Shown: piece after piece, positions 10,906-19,458 of the stretch
Layout: each line of letters begins with the position of its first letter
Position numbering within the stretch: position 1 is the stretch's first letter
Assembly (NCBI GenBank): GCA_964196025.1
Contig: CAXMRT010000214.1
Coordinates: forward strand, 5,233 to 69,232
Length of the DNA: 64,000 nt
Direction: 5' to 3'
Source of the DNA: an uncultured Gemmatimonadales bacterium
Lineage (GTDB): Bacteria > Verrucomicrobiota > Kiritimatiellia > CAXMRT01
The notes under the pieces: generated by a model
Databases searched by the model: none
The model's input: only the letters and a program-made list of their open reading frames with translations
What the model was told of the DNA's origin: nothing
Made by a program: the position numbers and the translations under genes

Positions 10906-13904
10906 ACAAATGTTTCACCGCCCACACGTGTTTGATGGCGATGGCATTCGCAACCCACCTACTGTGTGCCGAACCAGACTCGACCCCTTTAGCCAAACCC
11001 CTCCTTTGGACGGCTCCCGATATCAGCCTCCCTGTAACCGTTCAGGTTCAAGGAAAAGTCGAAACAATCCGGTCGAGCATTGTCGAAATGCGGCCCGGCA
11101 GCCCCGACGCAATGACCGTCTGGAAATGCCCCGATGGCATGAAAGCACACATGGGTGACGCTCTTTTTCGAATGGATACAACTACCCTGCAAAATGACTA
11201 CTTCACGCTCCTCGATGACTTCGCAAGTAAACGTATGCTGCTAGAGAGGGCGCGGCTCGAGGGTGAAAAAGAACTCTTCCAGATGAAAGAAGATCTAGCC
11301 CTCGAACTCATGGTCCTCGGTGTCGCCCGCTCCACGGCGGCAGCAGCGGTTGCCGCGGACGACAGTGAAACAGAGATCTCTCGTCAGCAGATCGGGGTTG
11401 CAAAACGCAATGTCGACGTGCAAGCAGCCGAATTATCCCGCAAACGTACACTTCTCGCTCTCGGACAAGAGACGCGCATCCGAATCGAAGACCTGGAGCT
11501 CGCGCTCTCAGCCGCTCGACGCGAAATACGGGTTCGCGAACTAGCCCTCGAAGAAATTGGCGACGGGAGCGACAGAGTCGTCGCACGCCGCGCCCTTTGG
11601 GATGTCACACGACTCGAAGCGGCCTTCGGAGACGGCGCCGATTTCGAAACACTAGAAGACACGCTCGAGAATAACGAGATCGTCGACTTCCAGACAACTC
11701 TTGCTGGCGACTTAGAGAGCATCAGAGGGGGCCTACTCGCCGTTGAAGCGGAACTCCAAGAACTCGCTCGTGGCAGCTGGCCTCACGTACCTCTCCAGAA
11801 ATTGACGATCGCGAACGCCACAGGCGTGGTTCGCACACTGAGCCTCAATGCTCCGCGCGCAACAGAACTCTACAGTAAAAAACAGGGGGCCGGCTGGATC
11901 ACAGCCCCGAGCATCTATCCCTCCAGCCAAGCACTGGTCGTCCAGGGCATGGCAGCGTGGCAGTGCGACCTCCCGCCCGGAGAGTATACGCTGACCTTCA
12001 TGATAGGAGACACCGACGAATGGGGGTGCATGCTCGTGAAAGCTGCGGAGCAAGTGGTCGTAGCCCTCCATCGCTTGGAACCCGAACAAATAGAAACCCT
12101 TAGCGCCAAGGTACACGTGGGCAAGGACGGACTCCGACTCAACTTCGGCTTGCCTCAGAAATCGATCATCGCCCCCGTCGAATGCACCGTCAAAAATCAG
12201 AGCTGGAATCGCCTTGGCCAAAGGATCAGACGCAACTCGCCTGCCCTCTACATTATCCCAGACCCAAAACTAGTCGTGAAAAGCCGAGTGCATCACCTTC
12301 AGGTACCGTTTTTCGAAGGCGCAACTGGGGTCGACCTCCAGATTGAACTCCGAGACAGCAATGGCACATGGGTCCCTGCGGGGAAGGTGTCTGTTGGGGA
12401 CCAACCCATTCCATTCTTCGAAGACGAGGACGAGAGCACTAGCCACCGGCGTTCGAGACGACGCCCTCGCTCAAGTGACGGAGACGGCGAAACGGACCCC
12501 GCGGCACGCACCGCTCGCGAAGTCAGCATCACGGTGCCCAAAGAATATCGGAATGGTTTCGTGTCCGAGTCTCATGTCGACGCGCGCGTAACGGCCTCGC
12601 CTCGCTCAAACACGATCGTTGTCCCCGCGCATTTGGTTCATCAAGGAGAGGACGGTTTAAATGTCCAAGAGGCGGGAGCCACCGTTCGAGTAACCGGGAC
12701 CCGACTCGACGAACATGTGTTTGTGACGGCTGGGCTCACGACGGGAGCCACTCTCGAAATACCGACCGTCGACACGGTCAACGAAGATGCCGACCGCTTT
12801 ACCGGTGGAGTGATCGCAGGAGCCACAACCCCCATTCTCGCACGTCACGACTCCTGGGCGCGCGTCGAAACAATGTTGCCCCACGGCAGTGCAGTGAAAA
12901 AGGGCGACCTAGTCATGCAGATTTTTAGAAACAAACAAGCCGATCAATACAGAAAGGCCGACTCCTCCGCCGCCCAGTCCATCGCCAAATACAAAAAGTC
13001 AGTCGCGCGCCGCAAAGCAACCTTCGACAAACACAAGAAGACCCACGCCGATGCGGTCTACAAGGAAAAGCTCGCGGCCGACCGCGTCGCAGAACACCGC
13101 CGCCGAGACCTAGCAGTTCTGGCCTCCGCAAAAGACAAGAAACAGGAAACAGCCGAACAGCTCGAACTCGTCTCAACACGCGTGCAGGCGTTGAGCGGCC
13201 TCGACTCGTCCCGCCTTGAGCACGACTCTTATAGCAGGCAACAGGATATTCTCCTGTTAAAAACAAAACAGCATAGCCTCAACGAAGTCGCCACCTATCG
13301 GAACTCGGACTATACGGCCCAGCTGCAGGACCGCATGAACTGGGGACAGGCTCGAAAGACACTCACCCGTCGAGAGGCCGGCATCGCTCTAAACCTGAAA
13401 CAGCAGGCGCTGCAAAGCCAACAAGCCCGAAGCGTGCTAGAGCGCGGGGTCGAACAAAACATGCTAAGTAAGGACTTCGAGAGAAACCGTCGCCTGTATG
13501 CGCCCGTCGATGGTCACGTGTTCTATGGCCACGGATACAATGACCTGATGAAGCGCATGGGTCGACTCGACATCGACTTTGTGGTCTGGCAAGGCCTCAA
13601 AATCGCGGACGTACTAGACCTTTCCAACCTCTCCCTTAAAGTGAGCTTACCGGAGCGCTTCTATGATTCACTCCACCTTGACCTAGAGCTCCCCATTGAA
13701 TTAGAAGATTTGGAAGGAAGAAGTGTGCTCGGGCGAGTCATAGATAAGGGCCGAGTGCTGTACTCTCCCAGTGACAGTGAAGACGCTGAGAATGGCGTCA
13801 TTTCCGTTAGTCGCAATTTCGACGTGGTGCTGGCGTTCAGCGTGCCTGAGGATCTGGTTGGACGTATCAAACCCGGACTAAGAGGATCGGTAACCGTAAA
13901 ATGA
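10902..13904 (+). CDS. Second tandem-duplicated periplasmic adaptor (MFP/HlyD-like) with very long coiled coils
   Basis: The same-frame ORF extends upstream to 10545 (an Arg-rich, spurious-looking stretch overlapping the previous gene). A plausible start is GTG 10902 (overlapping the stop) or ATG 10935. Contains MFP C-terminal signature blocks twice (…NVQEAGATVRVTGTRLDEHVFVTAGLTTGATLEIP and …VPEDLVGRIKPGLRGSVTV). ATGA overlap with the next gene. Confidence 0.55.
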   Translation: MNKCFTAHTCLMAMAFATHLLCAEPDSTPLAKPLLWTAPDISLPVTVQVQGKVETIRSSIVEMRPGSPDAMTVWKCPDGMKAHMGDALFRMDTTTLQNDYFTLLDDFASKRMLLERARLEGEKELFQMKEDLALELMVLGVARSTAAAAVAADDSETEISRQQIGVAKRNVDVQAAELSRKRTLLALGQETRIRIEDLELALSAARREIRVRELALEEIGDGSDRVVARRALWDVTRLEAAFGDGADFETLEDTLENNEIVDFQTTLAGDLESIRGGLLAVEAELQELARGSWPHVPLQKLTIANATGVVRTLSLNAPRATELYSKKQGAGWITAPSIYPSSQALVVQGMAAWQCDLPPGEYTLTFMIGDTDEWGCMLVKAAEQVVVALHRLEPEQIETLSAKVHVGKDGLRLNFGLPQKSIIAPVECTVKNQSWNRLGQRIRRNSPALYIIPDPKLVVKSRVHHLQVPFFEGATGVDLQIELRDSNGTWVPAGKVSVGDQPIPFFEDEDESTSHRRSRRRPRSSDGDGETDPAARTAREVSITVPKEYRNGFVSESHVDARVTASPRSNTIVVPAHLVHQGEDGLNVQEAGATVRVTGTRLDEHVFVTAGLTTGATLEIPTVDTVNEDADRFTGGVIAGATTPILARHDSWARVETMLPHGSAVKKGDLVMQIFRNKQADQYRKADSSAAQSIAKYKKSVARRKATFDKHKKTHADAVYKEKLAADRVAEHRRRDLAVLASAKDKKQETAEQLELVSTRVQALSGLDSSRLEHDSYSRQQDILLLKTKQHSLNEVATYRNSDYTAQLQDRMNWGQARKTLTRREAGIALNLKQQALQSQQARSVLERGVEQNMLSKDFERNRRLYAPVDGHVFYGHGYNDLMKRMGRLDIDFVVWQGLKIADVLDLSNLSLKVSLPERFYDSLHLDLELPIELEDLEGRSVLGRVIDKGRVLYSPSDSEDAENGVISVSRNFDVVLAFSVPEDLVGRIKPGLRGSVTVK

Positions 13905-15907
13905 GAAAAATGGCCCTAGCTAGCGTGGCGTGCATCGTCGCAATCATACTCTTCGTCCTAAGCGGCCGGAACGGCGACACGGTACAAACCGAATTTCGGG
14001 CCTTCACGGTAGAACGTGGAGACGTGACAGACGCTCTGCGGACCATCGGCGAGCTAACTCCTCAAGACCCCGTCCTGCTCTACACACCCTTTTCCGGAGA
14101 CATCAATTGGATCGTAGAAGATGGCACGTGGGTAAAAAAAGGTGAACGCGTTTTCAGTCTCGACGAAAAATCCCTGGTGGAACAAGTCTCCACAATGCGA
14201 GCCAATGTCGTGGCACAACGCCAACAACTCCGTCTCGCCATCCTGCAGGCCGGACAAACAGAGCTGGCCGAACAAGAACGCCTAGAAACCATCAATCAGA
14301 CCCTGCATCTGATCAAGCTGCGACACCGCATTTTGACCACCCAACCCAAGGGCGGCAACCGCCTAGTCGAACTCGACTCTCTCGTAAAGCCAATCGAAGC
14401 GCGTCTTCAAACACTCCAGACAGAACTCGAACCCCGCGATCAACGCTACCGCGACACGCGCAGGGTCTACCTGTCCGCCCTCCAAGGATGGCAGGAAAGT
14501 CGCGGCGCTCTACTCGAACTTCAGGCCAAGTCCGACTTTGCCAAAATCACAACCGAAGAGACCATGAGTAAAGAGGTACGCGACCCTGCCGCTAAGAAAG
14601 AAGGTGAAAAAGTGGTCGCCGACCTCGCGCGTGCAAAGGAACTGGGCAATACCCTCCAAAAAGCCTTGGCGGCGGCACGCACGGACTATGACAAGGCACG
14701 CGCGCCCTATGAAGCGGCGGTCGCGGCGATCGAAAAAATTGATTCAGATGCTCAAGAACTCTACGTCGAAATCGAAATCGAAAAACGCGGCCTCTCCGCC
14801 ACCCGCCTCGCTATCGATCGCGACATTGCCAAATTGCAACTCGCCGAAGCTGATCGTAAAGTAGTCAGTGGCAAACGAGCACTTGCCGCGGGTGCTCTCT
14901 CACAAACACAAGCTGATCAACTCATCATAACCGCTAAAGCGCGACGTGATCAGCTCAAGATTCTCGGTCTCCAATACGAGATCGCCGCCCGCCCAGCAAC
15001 AGAAGACGTCGTCGCAGCATCGGAGTCCACCCTCGCAACCGCACAACGCGCAGTTGAGAATGCGCAAACGGTCTACCATCGCGAAATGGGCATCGTGAGC
15101 AACAACATCTCTGTACTAGAAGCGGAGCTGGCAAAGGGAATCGGGGAACTGGACCGCAAGGGCACGGGCTTTCCTGGCGCCATCAAGGGAAGCATCTCCA
15201 TGCTCGAGTCGGAGCTGGAACTTCTGACTGCTGTGGAAACCGAGCGCAAGAAGGAAATTGAGGCTGAACTCACTCAACTTAAAGAAGAGTACGCAGCAGC
15301 CGAAGCAAACCCCGGAAACGTTGTACTTTCACCTAGTGACGGCCTGGTTCGGCTGCGCGAACGCGAAGGTCGCGATACCGATGTCGGTGACAGCTGGAGA
15401 GAGAGAGAAACCCTGGCCATGCTCTATCCGCCGGAAAACATGTCGGTCAAAACAGGTATCAACGAAGTAAACCTTCGCTCCGTAGCCGTCGGCATGCCAT
15501 GCCGCGTTCGGGTCCCCGCTCTCGACATGGAGATTCCGAACGCCAAAGTCGCCCATGTCGCTCGGATCGGTCGCGACAAAGATCAGGACGATGGCGCATA
15601 CAGTCAGAGCACCTCTGGCGTCATAGTCTTTACCCTAACCGTCGATCTCGGCCGTGATGTAGAAGCCTTTCGACAAGGCATGACCGTACACATCGAAATC
15701 GAAACGGGACGACAAAACAATGTCCTGCATCTACCCGCCGCAGCCATTCAGACGGGACCCGACGGCTTCTCCGTCCAGCTGAACAAAAACGGTGGCGCAC
15801 GCACACACGTCGAAGGCGCTGCCTTCGGGGACGATACATTTATCATTACGAGCGGCCTCGCGCAGGGCGATGTGGTCTACCGCGAATACCCCACCTTGGA
15901 CGACTAA
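13901..15907 (+). CDS. Membrane-anchored periplasmic adaptor (HlyD/MacA-like) with ~400-aa coiled coil
   Basis: N-terminal TM anchor (ALASVACIVAIILFVL), barrel-sandwich domain, extended heptad-rich region, and canonical MFP C-terminus (…HLPAAAIQTGPDGFSVQLNKNGGARTHVEGAAFGDDTFIITSGLAQGDVV). Confidence 0.7.
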   Translation: MRKMALASVACIVAIILFVLSGRNGDTVQTEFRAFTVERGDVTDALRTIGELTPQDPVLLYTPFSGDINWIVEDGTWVKKGERVFSLDEKSLVEQVSTMRANVVAQRQQLRLAILQAGQTELAEQERLETINQTLHLIKLRHRILTTQPKGGNRLVELDSLVKPIEARLQTLQTELEPRDQRYRDTRRVYLSALQGWQESRGALLELQAKSDFAKITTEETMSKEVRDPAAKKEGEKVVADLARAKELGNTLQKALAAARTDYDKARAPYEAAVAAIEKIDSDAQELYVEIEIEKRGLSATRLAIDRDIAKLQLAEADRKVVSGKRALAAGALSQTQADQLIITAKARRDQLKILGLQYEIAARPATEDVVAASESTLATAQRAVENAQTVYHREMGIVSNNISVLEAELAKGIGELDRKGTGFPGAIKGSISMLESELELLTAVETERKKEIEAELTQLKEEYAAAEANPGNVVLSPSDGLVRLREREGRDTDVGDSWRERETLAMLYPPENMSVKTGINEVNLRSVAVGMPCRVRVPALDMEIPNAKVAHVARIGRDKDQDDGAYSQSTSGVIVFTLTVDLGRDVEAFRQGMTVHIEIETGRQNNVLHLPAAAIQTGPDGFSVQLNKNGGARTHVEGAAFGDDTFIITSGLAQGDVVYREYPTLDD

Positions 15908-15920
15908 CAGGAATGCACGA

Positions 15921-17921
15921 ATGAGTAAGCCGACGACCAAAACTGAAAACACACCGCTAATCCGTATTCGCGACCTAACGCGTCACTACCACATGGGCCA
16001 ACACACGGTACGCGCTCTCGACGGAATCGATCTCGACATCCACTCTGGCGAATTCGTCGCAATCATCGGCCCCTCCGGCAGCGGCAAGTCGTCCTTAATG
16101 TATATCCTGGGCTGCCTCGATCGTCCGACCAGCGGTCAGTACTCACTCGACGACAAGGAAGTGTCCACCGTTTCCGACCTTCAGCTCTCTCGTACTCGAA
16201 ACCGCGATATCGGCTTCATCTTTCAAGCCTACAACCTGCTCTCCGAATTGAGCGTATTGGAAAACATCGCCCTAGGCCTAGTCTATCGTGGGGCCCCCCG
16301 CCGCGAGCGGCTCGCCTCCGCCGCGGTCCTTGCCGATAGAATGGGCCTCGACGGTCGCCATGATCACCGCTCAAATGAACTCTCAGGTGGCCAGATGCAG
16401 CGCGTGGCCATCTCACGCGCGCTCGCAGGCTCTCCCCACTTGCTCCTCTGCGACGAACCCACGGGCAACCTCGACTCGGTCACCGGCCGCGAAATCATGA
16501 ACGTCTTTCACGAACTCCACGCCCAGGGCAATACGATCATCATCGTCACGCACGACCCTAAAGTGGCCGCTCAAGCCGAGCGCGTGGTTCGCATCGAAGA
16601 TGGGAAAATAGTCTCGGATGAGAAACAGGACGCCGCGAAAAAACCGGCTATGCAAGCCAAGCCCCCACAAGAGACCAAGAACGTGCACTGGCTAGATATC
16701 GCCCGTATTGCGATCAGGGAAGGACTCTTGGCTCACAAACTGAGAAGTCTTCTCACGATGCTCGGCATCGTGTTCGGTATCGCCTCGGTCATCGGCATGA
16801 CCGCTATTACAGAAGGCGGTAAACAACAACAACTTGAACAAATCCGACAGATCGGACTCAACAATATCCAACTCATCGATACAGAGCTCGATGGTCAACG
16901 CCTGAAGGACGCTCGACAACGCAACCCCTTCGGCATCAGCGATAGAGATATCGCGGCGATCCGACGCGAACTCCCCGAGGTCGACCGCCTAGCCGCCTGG
17001 AAAAGCATCAAGGCAGTCGTCACCCGCAACAGTACGCGGGCAGATGAAGCTCGCGTCATCGGTGTCCGTGGAGACTTCGAAGAGGTCGTCAACTTTTTCG
17101 TCGGCCAAGGACGCTTCCTCAACCAACGCGACGCCGACGAATACAGACGCGTCTGTGTCCTCGGCACCGACATCGCGCGCGCGCTAGAGATCGACGATGA
17201 CCCACTGGGCAAAACGGTTGTTGTCGGGGATCAACTTTTTGTGGTGGTAGGCGTGATGCAAAACCGGCCTTTCACAGCCAGCACAGTGAAGGACGTCAAC
17301 ATCGTGAACCGCAATCTCGACCTCTATCTCCCCCATGCGGTCGCCGACCGCTACTATGAGCGTGCCAAGCGCTCAGGCATCTATGAGTCGATATCAATGC
17401 GCATGACCTCAAGCGATCGGCTGCTCTCAGACTCTCATCACATCGAACGCGTCATCCGCAGCCTTCACAATGAAGCCGCCGATTTCGCGGTCTCTGTCCC
17501 ACTCGAAAACCTTCGGCAATCCCAGAAAACCAAAGAAGTCTTCAACGTCATCATCATTGTCATCGCGGGAATGTCCCTTCTCGTTGGCGGAATCGGCATC
17601 ATGAACATCATGCTCGCCAACGTCAGCGAGCGAACTCGCGAAATTGGTATTCGTCGCGCGGTGGGGGCCCCAAAAAACGAGGTCCTGAAACAGTTCCTCG
17701 CTGAAGCATGCGTCATCTCAATTCTCGGCGGTATCCTCGGAGTCTTCACCGGTGTCCTCGGCGGGGAACTCGTCGCAATCCTCTTCGCCTTTCCTGTGGC
17801 CTACAACCTCTGGATCATGGCCATCAGCGTCGGCGTTGCCATGACCGTCGGAATCGGCTTCGGTCTCTACCCCGCATGGACAGCTGCCCGCATGGATCCT
17901 GTCGACGCTCTGCGCTCGTAA
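15921..17921 (+). CDS. macB: MacB-type ABC transporter (fused ATPase plus FtsX-like permease)
   Basis: ATG at 15921 lies 14 nt after the upstream stop; the ORF tool's longer 15792 start overlaps the previous gene. Walker [10 protein letters not shown], signature LSGGQMQR, Walker [13 protein letters not shown], then TM1, a periplasmic domain and an FtsX-like 3-TM bundle (…IGIRRAVGA…DPVDALRS). Confidence 0.85.
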   Translation: MSKPTTKTENTPLIRIRDLTRHYHMGQHTVRALDGIDLDIHSGEFVAIIGPSGSGKSSLMYILGCLDRPTSGQYSLDDKEVSTVSDLQLSRTRNRDIGFIFQAYNLLSELSVLENIALGLVYRGAPRRERLASAAVLADRMGLDGRHDHRSNELSGGQMQRVAISRALAGSPHLLLCDEPTGNLDSVTGREIMNVFHELHAQGNTIIIVTHDPKVAAQAERVVRIEDGKIVSDEKQDAAKKPAMQAKPPQETKNVHWLDIARIAIREGLLAHKLRSLLTMLGIVFGIASVIGMTAITEGGKQQQLEQIRQIGLNNIQLIDTELDGQRLKDARQRNPFGISDRDIAAIRRELPEVDRLAAWKSIKAVVTRNSTRADEARVIGVRGDFEEVVNFFVGQGRFLNQRDADEYRRVCVLGTDIARALEIDDDPLGKTVVVGDQLFVVVGVMQNRPFTASTVKDVNIVNRNLDLYLPHAVADRYYERAKRSGIYESISMRMTSSDRLLSDSHHIERVIRSLHNEAADFAVSVPLENLRQSQKTKEVFNVIIIVIAGMSLLVGGIGIMNIMLANVSERTREIGIRRAVGAPKNEVLKQFLAEACVISILGGILGVFTGVLGGELVAILFAFPVAYNLWIMAISVGVAMTVGIGFGLYPAWTAARMDPVDALRS

Positions 17922-17987
17922 GCGAGCCTCCGCGACGACGACTTGACCCTTGAACCACGGCAGGACTCAACGTAGTCTCTGGGCACT

Positions 17988-19457
17988 ATGGTATTCAGTT
18001 CCCTTCTGTTTCTATTCTACTTTCTACCTTTTGTTCTCGCCGCATACTACTTGGCAGTCAAGGTCGGCCGCCGGCCATCTCACCTTGTTCTAACCGCTCT
18101 TAGCTATCTCTTCTACGGCTGGGCAAACCCCGCATTCGTCCTGCTGATGCTCGGCTCCACGATGGTCGACTACCTCTGCGGACTCGTGATTTCTGAACAA
18201 TGGGGAAAAACCTCCAACACCGACTCTTGCCCCGCGCTTACCCCCAAAGGCGCTCGGTCCCGCAAACAACGCTGGGCTCTCGCCCTCTCCATCATCACCA
18301 ACCTTTCTCTGTTAGGCTTCTTTAAATACTTCAACTTCGGCATGGATAGCTGGAACGCGGTCATGTCCGGCATGGGCTTCGATGGCGCAAGCTACGAAAA
18401 CTTCCTGCGCATCACGCTGCCTCTCGGTATCAGCTTTTACACATTCCAATCGATGAGCTATTCGATCGACGTCTATCGCGGCGAGGCCCGAGCCATTCGC
18501 AACCCACTCGACTTCGCCTGCTACGTCGCACTCTTCCCACAACTTGTGGCGGGCCCGATCATCCGATTTCAGGAAGTCGCAGAACAACTCCGAGAACGCA
18601 CCCACACGGTCGACAAATTCGCCCGAGGCATCACCTTCCTCATGCTCGGCTTAACCAAAAAGGTGCTGCTTGCGGATCCCTGCGGGAAGATCGCAGATGA
18701 ATGCTTCGGTGCCGCGGGGCTATACGCCATCGATGCCTGGGCCGGCATCATCGGCTACGCCTTTCAAATCTACTTTGACTTCAGCGCCTACTCGGACATG
18801 GCCATTGGACTCGGACTAATGTTCGGCTTCATCTTCCCCAAGAATTTCGATTCCCCCTACCACGCCCGCTCAATCACAGAATTCTGGCAACGATGGCACA
18901 TCTCACTTTCCACCTGGCTGCGCGACTACCTCTACATCCCACTCGGCGGCAACCGAAAGGGTGACGGGCGCACCTACGTGAACCTCGCAATGGTCATGCT
19001 TCTAGGCGGACTCTGGCACGGCTCCTCTTGGAACTTTGTGATCTGGGGCGCGATTCACGGAACAATGCTGGCCGCTGAACGCATGATGGGAAAGAACTCC
19101 TTCTACGCACGACTACCCAAACCTCTCTCCATCGGCATCACCTTCCTCGTCGTCTGTGTCGCATGGGTCTTCTTCCGCGCTGCGACGCTTGGCGACGCGA
19201 CCACCTACCTCGCCGCCATGTTCGGCATGGGGGTCGACACGACCGCCGCCGGCCTCGTCTCTGGCCTCGCCTTCACTCCCTATCACCTCGCCACTCTCGT
19301 GCTCACTGCGGTCATCGTCTGGGCGGGGCCACAAACGTGGGACTTCACACGCGTCCTGACATGGCCTAAGGCCGTCGCAATCACACTCTGCTTCATTCTC
19401 GCTTTAACGCTTCTCGCTGCCACTAGCTTTCACCCCTTCATCTACTTTATCTTCTAA
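17988..19457 (+). CDS. MBOAT-family membrane-bound O-acyltransferase (AlgI/DltB-like)
   Basis: Multi-TM protein with MBOAT signature regions (FYTFQSMSYSIDVYRG; WHISLSTWLRDYLYIPLGGNRKG; conserved His). Located 66 nt downstream of macB. Confidence 0.85.
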   Translation: MVFSSLLFLFYFLPFVLAAYYLAVKVGRRPSHLVLTALSYLFYGWANPAFVLLMLGSTMVDYLCGLVISEQWGKTSNTDSCPALTPKGARSRKQRWALALSIITNLSLLGFFKYFNFGMDSWNAVMSGMGFDGASYENFLRITLPLGISFYTFQSMSYSIDVYRGEARAIRNPLDFACYVALFPQLVAGPIIRFQEVAEQLRERTHTVDKFARGITFLMLGLTKKVLLADPCGKIADECFGAAGLYAIDAWAGIIGYAFQIYFDFSAYSDMAIGLGLMFGFIFPKNFDSPYHARSITEFWQRWHISLSTWLRDYLYIPLGGNRKGDGRTYVNLAMVMLLGGLWHGSSWNFVIWGAIHGTMLAAERMMGKNSFYARLPKPLSIGITFLVVCVAWVFFRAATLGDATTYLAAMFGMGVDTTAAGLVSGLAFTPYHLATLVLTAVIVWAGPQTWDFTRVLTWPKAVAITLCFILALTLLAATSFHPFIYFIF

Positions 19458-19458
19458 T

